This document shows positions 1-9,167 of a DNA stretch of 64,000 bases, one piece after another (the stretch's first letter is position 1; each line of letters begins with the position of its first letter). The position numbers were made by a program, and so were the translations under genes. Source of the DNA: an uncultured bacterium (lineage in GTDB: Bacteria; Muiribacteriota; UBA6191); contig CAZDAM010000005.1 in NCBI GenBank assembly GCA_964503595.1, positions 7,597 through 71,596 of the forward strand, in the 5' to 3' direction. The notes under the pieces are model-generated. The model was given only the letters and a program-made list of their open reading frames with translations. It had not been told where the DNA came from and made no database searches.

Positions 1-131
1 TTCATGATAGTTTTCAAATTGTAAGATTCTCGTCTGGAGACGCATCGGCAAGGATTGCAGAATCCTTCTTCCTGGTGTATTGTTTGTGCGGCAGGCCGGC
101 GGCCGTCTCCCCCAAGCTTAGGACCCAATTC

Positions 132-539
132 ATGAAAAAAGTCCAAAGTATCCCCAGAGCAGAAATCCCTGCTGTGAAGCGGGAGCTTGAACGTCTGAAA
201 CAAGCCTCTGAAGATTTCGAGCAGGTTCTGGTGCGTATGATGCTGAAGGAAATGCAGAAGAACATGAAGGGCGGACTTTTGGATGGAGGAGATTACCAGA
301 AAATGTTCGAGGACATGCTTCTGGATGAACGTGCCCGTTCCATGACCCAGACAGGTCAATTCGGCCTGGCCCGACAAATTTTTGATCAGTTGAAGCCCCA
401 GATCCTCTCCCAGGATGGAGCTAACACTGAAGAAGCCCCCCCCCCGCTTCGGGGACAAACCCTGGAAGAACTGTATCACCAGGTGACCATGGAAAGGATC
501 GCAAATGAAAATCGGCGTACCTCGGGAGATCAAGAATAA
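132..539 (+). CDS. Flagellar rod-binding domain protein (FlgJ N-terminal-like; no muramidase domain)
   Basis: The ORF track gives 75..539. An in-frame ATG at 132 (MKKVQ...) is the more likely start. The sequence LKEMQKNMKGGLLDGGDYQKMFEDMLLDE...FGLARQIFDQL matches the Rod-binding/FlgJ N-domain signature. Confidence 0.55.
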   Translation: MKKVQSIPRAEIPAVKRELERLKQASEDFEQVLVRMMLKEMQKNMKGGLLDGGDYQKMFEDMLLDERARSMTQTGQFGLARQIFDQLKPQILSQDGANTEEAPPPLRGQTLEELYHQVTMERIANENRRTSGDQE

Positions 540-1617
540 CGAAAACCGGGTCGGACTGACCCCCGGTAAAGTGGAAGTGCTCATTCATCAGGGGCACACA
601 GTCATGATTCAGGCTGGAGCCGGAGAAGGTTCCGGGTTTCTGGATGCAGAATACGAAGCTTCCGGTGCATCGATTCTGCCTACAATTGAAGATGTTTACG
701 CTCAGGCTGACATGATCATCAAGGTCAAGGAGCCGATCGAGCCGGAATACGAACTGCTTCGGGAAAATCAGATTCTTTTCACTTATCTTCATCTTGCTGC
801 TGATAAAAAGCTGACTAAAGTTCTTCTGGAAAGAAGAATTATTGGTGTTGCCTATGAAACCATTACCGATGAAAAAGGCGGCCTCCCCCTTCTGAATCCC
901 ATGTCCGAAATTGCCGGACGCCTGGCAACCCAGATCGGAGCCACCCTCCTTCAGAAAGCCAATGGTGGACGCGGTGTTCTTCTGGGGGGGGTCCCTGGAG
1001 TTCTGCCTGCCCGGGTTGTGGTTCTGGGTGGAGGCATTGTAGGCTTCAACTCGGCTCAAATGGCCATGGGGCTAGGTGCTGATGTCACAATAATGGATGT
1101 CAACATCGAACGCATGCGCTACCTTAGTGAAGTCACTCACGGTCGGCTCAAGACCGTCATGTCCAACCGCGCCAGTATTCTCGATCAGATCCGGGATGCC
1201 GACATGGTGATTGGTGCCGTTCTCCTTCCCGGCAAGAAAGCTCCCTGGCTGATTACCAGAGAAATGCTTTCCCAGATGAAACCCAGCACCGTACTCGTCG
1301 ATGTCGCCGTGGATCAGGGCGGATGCTTTGAAACGACCAAACCGACCACTCACGATAACCCAACCTATGTCATTGATGGCATCCTGCACTACTGCGTGGC
1401 CAATATGCCCGGTGCCGTGCCCCTGACTTCAACCTATGCCCTTACCAATGCTACTCTTCCCTATGCGGAGAAACTGGCTAAGGATGGGGAAGGTGCCATT
1501 CTTCAGAATGTCCACATCTTGCGAGGACTCAATGTGTACAAAGGTCATCTGACCTGCTCCGCGGTTGCCGAGGCCCATGGCCTGACCTACGTCAATCCGG
1601 AAAGGCTTTTGAACTAA
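505..1617 (+). CDS. ald: Alanine dehydrogenase
   Basis: 370-aa protein, MKIGVPREIKNNENRVGLTP...VLGGGIVG (Rossmann fold), colinear with AlaDH/PNT family along its full length. Confidence 0.9.
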   Translation: MKIGVPREIKNNENRVGLTPGKVEVLIHQGHTVMIQAGAGEGSGFLDAEYEASGASILPTIEDVYAQADMIIKVKEPIEPEYELLRENQILFTYLHLAADKKLTKVLLERRIIGVAYETITDEKGGLPLLNPMSEIAGRLATQIGATLLQKANGGRGVLLGGVPGVLPARVVVLGGGIVGFNSAQMAMGLGADVTIMDVNIERMRYLSEVTHGRLKTVMSNRASILDQIRDADMVIGAVLLPGKKAPWLITREMLSQMKPSTVLVDVAVDQGGCFETTKPTTHDNPTYVIDGILHYCVANMPGAVPLTSTYALTNATLPYAEKLAKDGEGAILQNVHILRGLNVYKGHLTCSAVAEAHGLTYVNPERLLN

Positions 1618-1618
1618 T

Positions 1619-3451
1619 TTGATGATTGCGGGGCAGGAACCCATCCCGCCCCCTTTCGATTCTCTGCCGCCAACACGGCCCGAACCCAGGAAGATCATGT
1701 CCGAAGAGAAGATTCCGGAAACCTCTGTTCCAAATCCCACTGCCGAAGAAACTGAAGCCCCCAAGAAACGCGTAACCCGCACCCGTAGAAAGGTCGAGCC
1801 TGTCGCCGTGGAAGCCTCAGGCGAGGAACCCACTCAGGAAGAAACCAAACCGAAACGCAGAACGACCCGTAAAAAGGCCGAACCTGCCGAGGAGGCCTCT
1901 CCTGCTGCCGTGGAAAAGCCCGTGACCGAAGCCCCTGCGAGAGAGGCAAATTTCCGCCACCAGGAAATCCGGGAAAACGCTCCGTATCTGACAAAAAGCA
2001 GTCCGGCTGCCCAGCAGGATTCCCCGAATTCCGAAGAAAGCCCCCGAGGCGAACATCGCGAACATCGTCATGATCGGGGCGAAGATCGGGATTTTCACAG
2101 GAACATTCGCCGGGACCGCAACAACCGCAGGGATCGCAACAGCCGTCGCGAACGACAACACCAGAAATCCCGTCCCCTTGGCACCAAATACATGGATCTT
2201 TTGAAAGAGCCCGAAGATGCCATTCGCCAGACCGCTTTGGATCTGGGCCTTTATCACACCACCTCAATGAGCTTCGATGAAACGGCTTTTGAAGTCTTCT
2301 CAGCCATGGTGGAACAGGAAGGCCAGGGTCTGGGAGTCTGCAAGGGTATTCTGGAAATTCTTTCCGATGGCTATGGCTTTGTCCGGGATCAGCTGGGAAA
2401 TATCGACAAGAACGATGTCTATGTCTCCCAGCAGCAGATTCGCAAGCTGGGACTGAGAACAGGTGATGCCATTGTTGGCCAGACCCGCTCTCCCAAGGAC
2501 AATGAAGCCTATTCAGCTCTTCTGCGGGTGGAATGTATCAATGACATGGATCCGGAAAGAGCCCGCAAGGTTGTTCCGTTCGATTCCCTTGTGCCTCTCT
2601 ATCCGAATGCAAAATTCAACCTGCATTCCGATTCCCGGGATCCATCAGTTCGTATCGTTGATCTGATCACTCCTATCGGTCTGGGCCAGAGGGGCCTGAT
2701 TGTAGCGCCTCCAAAAGCGGGTAAAACCACGCTTTTAAAACAGATTGCCAACTCCCTGACTTCCAATCATCCCAATCTCACTCTTTTCGTTCTTCTGATC
2801 GATGAACGTCCGGAAGAGGTTACCGATATGACACGTTCGATCGAGGGAGAGGTCATTGCTTCCACCTTTGATCAGCATCTGAACAACCATATCCGGGTTT
2901 CGGAAATGGTTCTGGAAAGAGCCAAGCGCCTGGTGGAACTTGGTAAGGATGTAGTGATTCTGCTCGACTCCATTACCCGCCTGGCGAGGGCCTACAATAT
3001 CGCTGTCCCTTCCTCGGGGCAGACTCTTTCCGGCGGGGTCAATCCGCTGGCTCTCTACAAACCCAAGAAATTCTTCGGCTCTGCCAGAAACATCGAGTTC
3101 GGGGGCTCCCTTACAATTCTGGCCACCGCCCTTGTAGATACCGGCTCCAAAATGGATGACGTCATCTTTGAGGAATTCAAGGGAACCGGCAATATGGAAC
3201 TCCATCTGGACCGGGCCCTCTTCAACAAACGTGTCTTCCCCGCCATCAACCTGACAAAATCCTCTACCCGCCGTGAAGAACTTCTGGTCACCCCGGACTC
3301 TTTGAAGGGCATGAATATCTTAAGGCGCGTCTTTGAAAACCTCAGTGCCCAGGAAGCGATTGAACTTCTGAAGAAACAGATGAAAACATCCAAAGCGAAT
3401 GAGGAGTTCCTCTCTCAGATTCAAAAGCAGGCAGGTTTGACCCATAATTAA
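1619..3451 (+). CDS. rho: Transcription termination factor Rho with long charged N-terminal extension
   Basis: The C-terminal 400 aa carry the Rho RNA-binding motif (GILEILSDGYGFVR) and ATPase motifs (GQRGLIVAPPKAGKTTLL, DSITRLARAYN). The N-terminal roughly 200 aa are KR/E-rich followed by RD/RN repeats. An alternative ATG start lies at 1697 (MSEEK). Confidence 0.9.
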   Translation: MMIAGQEPIPPPFDSLPPTRPEPRKIMSEEKIPETSVPNPTAEETEAPKKRVTRTRRKVEPVAVEASGEEPTQEETKPKRRTTRKKAEPAEEASPAAVEKPVTEAPAREANFRHQEIRENAPYLTKSSPAAQQDSPNSEESPRGEHREHRHDRGEDRDFHRNIRRDRNNRRDRNSRRERQHQKSRPLGTKYMDLLKEPEDAIRQTALDLGLYHTTSMSFDETAFEVFSAMVEQEGQGLGVCKGILEILSDGYGFVRDQLGNIDKNDVYVSQQQIRKLGLRTGDAIVGQTRSPKDNEAYSALLRVECINDMDPERARKVVPFDSLVPLYPNAKFNLHSDSRDPSVRIVDLITPIGLGQRGLIVAPPKAGKTTLLKQIANSLTSNHPNLTLFVLLIDERPEEVTDMTRSIEGEVIASTFDQHLNNHIRVSEMVLERAKRLVELGKDVVILLDSITRLARAYNIAVPSSGQTLSGGVNPLALYKPKKFFGSARNIEFGGSLTILATALVDTGSKMDDVIFEEFKGTGNMELHLDRALFNKRVFPAINLTKSSTRREELLVTPDSLKGMNILRRVFENLSAQEAIELLKKQMKTSKANEEFLSQIQKQAGLTHN

Positions 3452-3470
3452 AATCTAAGCCCCACCAAAT

Positions 3471-3508
3471 GAAAAAAGCCATGGCCGGGTGGCCACGGCT
3501 TTTTTATT
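3471..3508 (+). terminator. Rho-independent terminator downstream of rho
   Basis: A-tract, then a GC-rich imperfect palindrome (agccatggccggg/tggccacggct), then TTTTTTAT. It can act bidirectionally. Confidence 0.6.
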
Positions 3509-3853
3509 CTGGAGTATTTTCATGGCTAAAAAAGCTTCTAACTGGCATCAAGATATTGCAGCACTCCTCTGAAAAGAGAGAAAAAACCCTAAAGCGGTCG
3601 GGTATGCTGATGCATTAGAAGGCCGAGCCAGCCTCACAATACAGGAATGCTCTAAGGGTAGTCCTCTGTGCTGGCGGTCCAAAGCCAAATCTTCAAAAAA
3701 GTCAGTGACCTAAAAATCTGATCAAAAACAAAGTAAATAAGAATATTTTTCTCACTCTTCCATAAAAACGTAGCGCACAAAAACTGTCAAATTATCAACC
3801 CCGGATCTAAAAACTTACGCAAAAAGACCTGCCATGTTATTTTTCGATCCTTT

Positions 3854-4831
3854 ATGCAAAGCAAAGAAGCCTATTTTCTGGGGGCCGGAGCCAGCCTTGG
3901 GGCCGGTATTCCCTTAACCCGCCAGTTTCTTCCCTGGCTGATCGAGAACCGTTCGGCTCTGCCCCGCCTTGAGGAACTGGCCCGGTTTGTGGAGGAGTTC
4001 TTTTCAGAAGGGCTTAAGGAAAGCCCTCCCTATTTTCCAAAGTTCGAGCAAGTTCTTTCCTTTGTCGACACAGCTCTTGCAGATAACCAATGTATCTCAA
4101 GCCAATGGGACACCACCGCCCTGATGCGGATCCGCTCCGATATCAACTACCTGATCTGGCGCCTTCTGGAAACCTCCCTTCCGGACTGTAACCCCGCTCC
4201 CCATCTGGAATTTGTCCAGTCACTTTCCAAGGATTCCGTACTGCTTACCGTCAACTATGATGTCCTGTTAGATCTGTGTCTTCTGGAACACTTTGGCCGG
4301 GTGGATTACGGAATCCGCTTCTCAAAAATCCTGACGGCTGAAGAAAGAGAGCAGAAGCATCCTTCCCCCATGCTTCTGAAACTGCACGGTTCGATCAACT
4401 GGCTCTACTGCCCCACCTGTGAAACCTTTGTCATGGCCGAGGACGTCCCCTCAATCCGCCAGATCTTCCATCCGGATCCGGTTCTGTGCCCCTATGATCA
4501 GTCCTACCTGAGAGGTATTCTGATCAGCCCCACCTGGCAGAAGGACTACCGGCTCCCCGCCGTGGCCCTGATGTGGATCAAGGCCTCCAAGCTCTTAAGA
4601 GATGTGGAAAGGATCACCATCATTGGCTACAGCCTTTCTGACATCGATATGAAGGTTCAGTACCTTCTGAAAAGGTCCACCTTCATGAATGCCAGAAAAC
4701 CAATCATCCGGGTTGTGGATCCGGATCCTCTGGGTAAAGTTGCCCGCCGGGCTCAAAGACTCTTCGGTCCGATCGAACATCTGCAGATGGGCTTTGAAGA
4801 CTTCGTTAAGACTCTTCCTGTACAAAATTGA
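3854..4831 (+). CDS. SIR2_2-family (sirtuin-like, NAD-binding) protein, standalone
   Basis: Has the N-terminal FLGAGASLGAGIP...PW motif, a TVNYDVLLD motif (the TxNYD motif of the SIR2_2 family), LHGSINW with a CPTC...C zinc ribbon, and IIGYSLSD. Confidence 0.65.
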   Translation: MQSKEAYFLGAGASLGAGIPLTRQFLPWLIENRSALPRLEELARFVEEFFSEGLKESPPYFPKFEQVLSFVDTALADNQCISSQWDTTALMRIRSDINYLIWRLLETSLPDCNPAPHLEFVQSLSKDSVLLTVNYDVLLDLCLLEHFGRVDYGIRFSKILTAEEREQKHPSPMLLKLHGSINWLYCPTCETFVMAEDVPSIRQIFHPDPVLCPYDQSYLRGILISPTWQKDYRLPAVALMWIKASKLLRDVERITIIGYSLSDIDMKVQYLLKRSTFMNARKPIIRVVDPDPLGKVARRAQRLFGPIEHLQMGFEDFVKTLPVQN

Positions 4832-4897
4832 ATCCGGCAGACGGCTTGGGTAAGATGGTCAGGTCTGTTTCGCATCGTCGTAATCAAGGAGACTTCC

Positions 4898-5926
4898 ATG
4901 CCAGTTGCAACCCATGAACAATATCTGAAGATGCTCAAAACCGCGATGGATGAAGGCTATGCCTATCCAGCCATCAATGTGACCTCCACTTCTTCGGCCA
5001 ATGCGGTACTCAAGGCCTTTGCCGATGCCAAATCCGATGGCATCATCCAGGTTTCCACCGGTGGAGCCGAGTTTGCCAGTGGTCAGGGTGCCAAGGATAT
5101 GGTTCTTGGAGCCATCAGTCTGGCCCAGCATGTTCACACCATGGCAGAAAAATATGATGTACTGATTGCCCTTCACACCGATCACTGCCACCCTGGTAAG
5201 GTTCAGAAGTTTCTTGTACCCCTGATTGAGGAAACCGAGCGGCGCCGTGCCAAGGGTCTTCCGAATCTTTTCAACTCCCACATGTTTGATGGTTCCGAGC
5301 TCTCGCTTGAAGACAACATCAAAATGTCTTTGACCCTGCATGAGCGCTGCGCTGCCGCCGAAATCATCCTGGAAGTCGAGACCGGAGTTGTTGGTGGCGA
5401 AGAAGACGGAGTCAACAACGAAGGAGCTCCTGCTGAGAAGCTCTACACCACTCCTGAGGACATGGTGGAAGTCGCCAAAGCCCTTGGACCGGTCGGCCCC
5501 TACATGCTTGCCGCCACCTTTGGAAACGTCCACGGAGTCTACAAGCCCGGAAACGTAAAATTAAAGCCCACCATCCTCAAGGATGGACAGGATGCCGTCA
5601 CCAGGGCCCTTGGCGACGCTGCCCGTATTCCTCTGGTCTTTCACGGGGGCTCCGGTTCCAGCCTTGAGGAAATCCACGAAACCCTCAATTACGGTGTCAT
5701 CAAAATGAATGTGGATACGGATACCCAGTACACATATACCCGACCGGTTGTGGATTTCATGCTGAAAAACTACGATCAGGTACTCAAAATTGAAGGTGAA
5801 GTCGGCTCCAAGAAGCATTACGACCCAAGAACCTGGATGAAGCTCGCCGAAACCGGTATGACTGAGCGTGTCATTCAGGCCATCCAGGATCTGAAAGCAG
5901 ACGGCAAAAGCCTGCTGCATCGCTGA
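4898..5926 (+). CDS. fbaA: Fructose-bisphosphate aldolase, class II
   Basis: MPVATHEQYLKMLKTAMDEGYAYPAINV...HTDHC...HGGSGS, typical class II FBA, 342 aa. Confidence 0.9.
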   Translation: MPVATHEQYLKMLKTAMDEGYAYPAINVTSTSSANAVLKAFADAKSDGIIQVSTGGAEFASGQGAKDMVLGAISLAQHVHTMAEKYDVLIALHTDHCHPGKVQKFLVPLIEETERRRAKGLPNLFNSHMFDGSELSLEDNIKMSLTLHERCAAAEIILEVETGVVGGEEDGVNNEGAPAEKLYTTPEDMVEVAKALGPVGPYMLAATFGNVHGVYKPGNVKLKPTILKDGQDAVTRALGDAARIPLVFHGGSGSSLEEIHETLNYGVIKMNVDTDTQYTYTRPVVDFMLKNYDQVLKIEGEVGSKKHYDPRTWMKLAETGMTERVIQAIQDLKADGKSLLHR

Positions 5927-5997
5927 TTTGCCCAAAGAAAACTCAAGTTCCCTTCCGTTCTTCTTCAAGAGCGGAGGGGTTCTTTTTAGGAGCCCAA

Positions 5998-6474
5998 ATG
6001 ACCTTCTCTCTGAATCCCATCGCACTTGTTCACAGCACAAGATCCAAACCCGAGGATGACCTATGGGATCTGGAATCCTCCTGGATTGAACTGAATGAGG
6101 AAATAGCGGAAGAGGCTCTGGCTGGCCTTGATACCTTCTCCCATGTGGAAGTCTTCTATCTCTTTCATCAGGTTCTGACAGAAAAGGTCGTTTTAGGGGC
6201 CCGCCATCCCAGAAATCGCAAGGACTGGCCGAGAGTCGGCATTTTTGCCCAAAGAGGGAAAAATCGTCCAAACCGGATGGGCCACACGATCTGCCAGATT
6301 CTTAAGGTGGAAGGCCGCAGGATTCATGTCAAAGGTCTGGATGCCATCCACGGTACCCCTGTTTTAGATCTGAAGCCATGGGTCAAGGAATTCGGCCCCA
6401 GGGGAGAAATTCATCAACCTGAATGGATGGATGAACTGATGCAATCCTACTGGGAAGATCCCCCAAAGCCCTGA
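5998..6474 (+). CDS. trmO: TsaA/YaeB-family tRNA methyltransferase domain protein (TrmO-like)
   Basis: FSHVEVFYLFHQ, a PRVGIFAQRGKNRPNRMG segment and GLDAIHGTPVLDLKPW match the YaeB/TrmO N-terminal domain. Confidence 0.65.
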   Translation: MTFSLNPIALVHSTRSKPEDDLWDLESSWIELNEEIAEEALAGLDTFSHVEVFYLFHQVLTEKVVLGARHPRNRKDWPRVGIFAQRGKNRPNRMGHTICQILKVEGRRIHVKGLDAIHGTPVLDLKPWVKEFGPRGEIHQPEWMDELMQSYWEDPPKP

Positions 6475-6520
6475 AGATTTTTTCTGGCTCCCCATCCTTC
6501 GGAAGTGATATATTATTACA

Positions 6521-6820
6521 ATGATGATTCGACGGGTTTGGGCCCTGGCTTTTATCCTGTTGCATATTGCAGCCCAGTCTCTGTTTGCTACCCACCGAAT
6601 TGAGCATCACTGCGAGGATCACGGTCATCATCAGGAAGATTCCTGTGTTATCGAAAAACTGATTCTTAATACCCTGACCGCCTGGGATCCCGAAAAAATC
6701 GTCCTGCTCATTCAGGAGCTTCCCGTCTGGTCACCGCCAGTTTTTCCGGAGTCTTTCTATATTCCGGTTCAAACCCGAATTCACGCTTCCCGAGCCCCTC
6801 CCGAAAACCAACCTGTATGA
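6521..6820 (+). CDS. Small secreted His/Cys-rich protein (putative periplasmic metal-binding)
   Basis: Has a signal peptide (MMIRRVWALAFILLHIAAQSLFA) followed by HRIEHHCEDHGHHQEDSC. It lies directly upstream of the porin and znuAB genes. No homologue was recognised. Confidence 0.35.
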   Translation: MMIRRVWALAFILLHIAAQSLFATHRIEHHCEDHGHHQEDSCVIEKLILNTLTAWDPEKIVLLIQELPVWSPPVFPESFYIPVQTRIHASRAPPENQPV

Positions 6821-6946
6821 AAAATCTTTTTCAGGGAAGACGGCCTGACTCCAGGCTTTCTTCGGCGTTAGTTCCATTTCCCTGAATTCCAAGCTTCATA
6901 ACCCAAAATTCTTTTCTACAAATTCTTTTTTTCAAGGAGGCACGGG

Positions 6947-8257
6947 ATGTTTTTTCCTTCCCCGAAACTCGCGATAGCTTTACCAATTCTGGCCACCCAG
7001 GCCTTTGCCAACTCAAACGATATTGAAATGCTGGCTTCCCGGATCGAAGCCTTAAGGACCAGTTACGAAACCCGTCTGGCAGCTCTGGAAGAGCAGCTGA
7101 ACAGAATGAAGCTGGAACAGAGAAAACAGGCCGCTACCCCAAATCAGATCAGGGCCAATGCCTTCAATCCGGAAATAGGAGCTGTCCTTCAGGGCTCCTA
7201 TGCGGCCTTCACTGATTCCCAGTCCTCCCTTCCCGGATTTGCCCTGGCCGAAGAAGCCCATCGCATGTCGGATGGATTCTCGCTTGGTGAGACAGAGCTC
7301 AATTTTGATGCTAGCGTGGACAACCTGTTTCGGGCTCATGCCACACTGGGGATCCACTCCCATGAAGGCGAAGATGAATTTGCCATGGAAGAGGCCTATA
7401 TCGATACTCTTCCGGGAATCCTTACCCGGGGGACAAACCTGAGAATGGGCCGCATGCTTCCCGATTTCGGCTATCTGAACGAACATCACCGGCATACCGA
7501 TGCCTTCATCGATCGACCTCTGCCCTACCGCGCCTTTCTTGGCAGTGCCTGGCACGATGACGGCATCCAGCTCTCCAGGGTTTTTGGTGGCGAGAACTTC
7601 ACGGAAGTCGGCATAGGAGCCTTTCGCGGTGACTCGTGGCCTTTTGGGGGCGCTTCCGGCAACGGGGCCCAGGCCAGATCTGCATTCTTAAGATTTGGTG
7701 GACACCGGGGACAGAAGCTGAATTATCGTCTGGGAACCTCATGGCTTGAGGGGGATACCACAGAGCGTCTGAGCAATGAGGACAATCTCGCCTTCGTCGG
7801 TGATCTGAATCTCTTCGGACTGGATCTGCGCCTGAGCTACGCTCCCACCGGAAATGCCTTTCAGAAGGAATGGACATTTACCGCTGAATATCTCAAGCGG
7901 GAAGAAACCGGTACCTATGAGGATTTTGCCCTGGCAACCGGAGCCCAGTGGGTCGACAATCAGGATGAGGGCTGGTACGCCCAGACTACCTACAAGTTCC
8001 AGCCCCGCTGGCGGCTTGGGGCGCGATATTCCCGGCTGAAACCATCAACCTACCCGATTACCCTGGCTGGGACCGAACTCAATGCTTTGGGACACGAGCC
8101 GGAATCCATCAGTGCCATGCTGGATTTTGAAAACTCCCATTTCAGCAGAATCCGGCTTCAGTTCAACCACGAGAAACTTCAGTCCGGAAACACGGATGAT
8201 CAGATTCTCATTCAGTACACAATGTCCATCGGGGCTCATCCCGCCCATTCTTTCTAA
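6947..8257 (+). CDS. Outer-membrane porin-like beta-barrel protein with N-terminal coiled coil
   Basis: Has a signal peptide and a coiled-coil segment (IEALRTSYETRLAALEEQLNRMKLEQ), then alternating aromatic/hydrophilic strands, with a C-terminal ...AHSF. It resembles phosphate-selective OprO/P-type porins. A GGAGG RBS is present. Confidence 0.55.
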   Translation: MFFPSPKLAIALPILATQAFANSNDIEMLASRIEALRTSYETRLAALEEQLNRMKLEQRKQAATPNQIRANAFNPEIGAVLQGSYAAFTDSQSSLPGFALAEEAHRMSDGFSLGETELNFDASVDNLFRAHATLGIHSHEGEDEFAMEEAYIDTLPGILTRGTNLRMGRMLPDFGYLNEHHRHTDAFIDRPLPYRAFLGSAWHDDGIQLSRVFGGENFTEVGIGAFRGDSWPFGGASGNGAQARSAFLRFGGHRGQKLNYRLGTSWLEGDTTERLSNEDNLAFVGDLNLFGLDLRLSYAPTGNAFQKEWTFTAEYLKREETGTYEDFALATGAQWVDNQDEGWYAQTTYKFQPRWRLGARYSRLKPSTYPITLAGTELNALGHEPESISAMLDFENSHFSRIRLQFNHEKLQSGNTDDQILIQYTMSIGAHPAHSF

Positions 8258-8270
8258 GGAGGTGAAAACC

Positions 8271-9167
8271 ATGCCTGTTATCTTTTTCTGCCTGCTTTTT
8301 GCAGGCCTGATTCAGAAAAACTCTGCCGCAATCCATGTTTTTGCCTGTGAACCGGAATGGGCCTCCCTCACCAGGGAAATCGGGGGAGAAAATGTTGAAG
8401 TCTTTGCGGCAACCACGCCTTTTGAGGATCCTCATCACATCACGGCAAAACCCAGCCTCCTGGCCGCCATGCGCCAGGCAAGGGTTTTGATCTGCAGTGG
8501 TTCGGATCTGGAAGCTGGATGGCTCCCCGTTCTTCTGAACAAGGCCGGCAGCTCCTCCCTGATGCAGGGAGGAAAAAATTCCATCTATGCTGCAAGTCTG
8601 GTCAAAAGGCTTGAGGTTCCTCAAAGGCTGGACCGCTCTCTTGGGGATATCCATCCTCATGGGAATCCCCATGTTCATCTGGACCCTTACAATCTCATGA
8701 TTGTGGCCGAAAAGCTGAGTTCTGTCCTGGCAATGGAGGCCCCCTCCCTTGAAAAGGAATTTCAGCAGAATCTGCGTACTTTCCAGACCAGAATGAATTC
8801 CCTTGCAAGTCGCCTGGAAATGATGGCGTCCGGTCTGAGAAACCGGCACGTGATTTCCCATCATCCTTCCTTTTCCTATCTGGAAAACTGGCTGGGGCTT
8901 GAGCGGGTGGATACTCTGGAACCAGTTCCCGGAGTCCCTCCCTCCATCAGGCAACTCTCCTCCCTTCTTACGAAGACTCAGAATGTCTGCGCCATCACCC
9001 GTACGGCAATCGATCCGTCCCGGCCTGCCCGCTGGCTCAGCGAGAAAACGGGTATCCCGGAACTGGTCCTGCCATTCACACCTGGCGATAGCAAAGATAG
9101 TGGGGATCTCTTTCAGCTGCTTGAAAGTTCGGTTGCACGACTTCTTGAAGCCTGCGGGAATGCCTGA
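8271..9167 (+). CDS. znuA: Metal (Zn/Mn) ABC transporter substrate-binding protein
   Basis: Start reassigned to the ATG at 8271 behind an AAGGAGGTG RBS. Has a signal peptide, the HVFACEPEWASL motif, the His-rich loop DIHPHGNPHVHLDP and TroA/ZnuA-like order. Confidence 0.8.
   Translation: MPVIFFCLLFAGLIQKNSAAIHVFACEPEWASLTREIGGENVEVFAATTPFEDPHHITAKPSLLAAMRQARVLICSGSDLEAGWLPVLLNKAGSSSLMQGGKNSIYAASLVKRLEVPQRLDRSLGDIHPHGNPHVHLDPYNLMIVAEKLSSVLAMEAPSLEKEFQQNLRTFQTRMNSLASRLEMMASGLRNRHVISHHPSFSYLENWLGLERVDTLEPVPGVPPSIRQLSSLLTKTQNVCAITRTAIDPSRPARWLSEKTGIPELVLPFTPGDSKDSGDLFQLLESSVARLLEACGNA

Noticed and set aside
1695-2267. 190-aa and 146-aa minus-strand ORFs opposite the Rho N-terminal extension
   Set aside because: They could hint that the rho extension is mis-called, but the rho frame is continuous into the canonical Rho domains with good codon periodicity. 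The antisense ORFs are low-complexity (Pro/Arg/Gly).
3508-3560. 16-codon ORF (MAKKASNWHQDIAALL) after the rho terminator with a GGAG 8 nt upstream
   Set aside because: Too short with no conservation evidence, and it lies within the terminator's T-run. Kept only as part of the AT-rich leader noted under the SIR2 finding.
3452-3853. Possible tRNA, tmRNA or other structured RNA in the ORF-free AT-rich 400 bp
   Set aside because: No cloverleaf-compatible segments (no GTTC-type T-loop with matching acceptor stem) or other recognisable RNA family signatures could be found by eye. Left as an unexplained leader rather than an RNA call.
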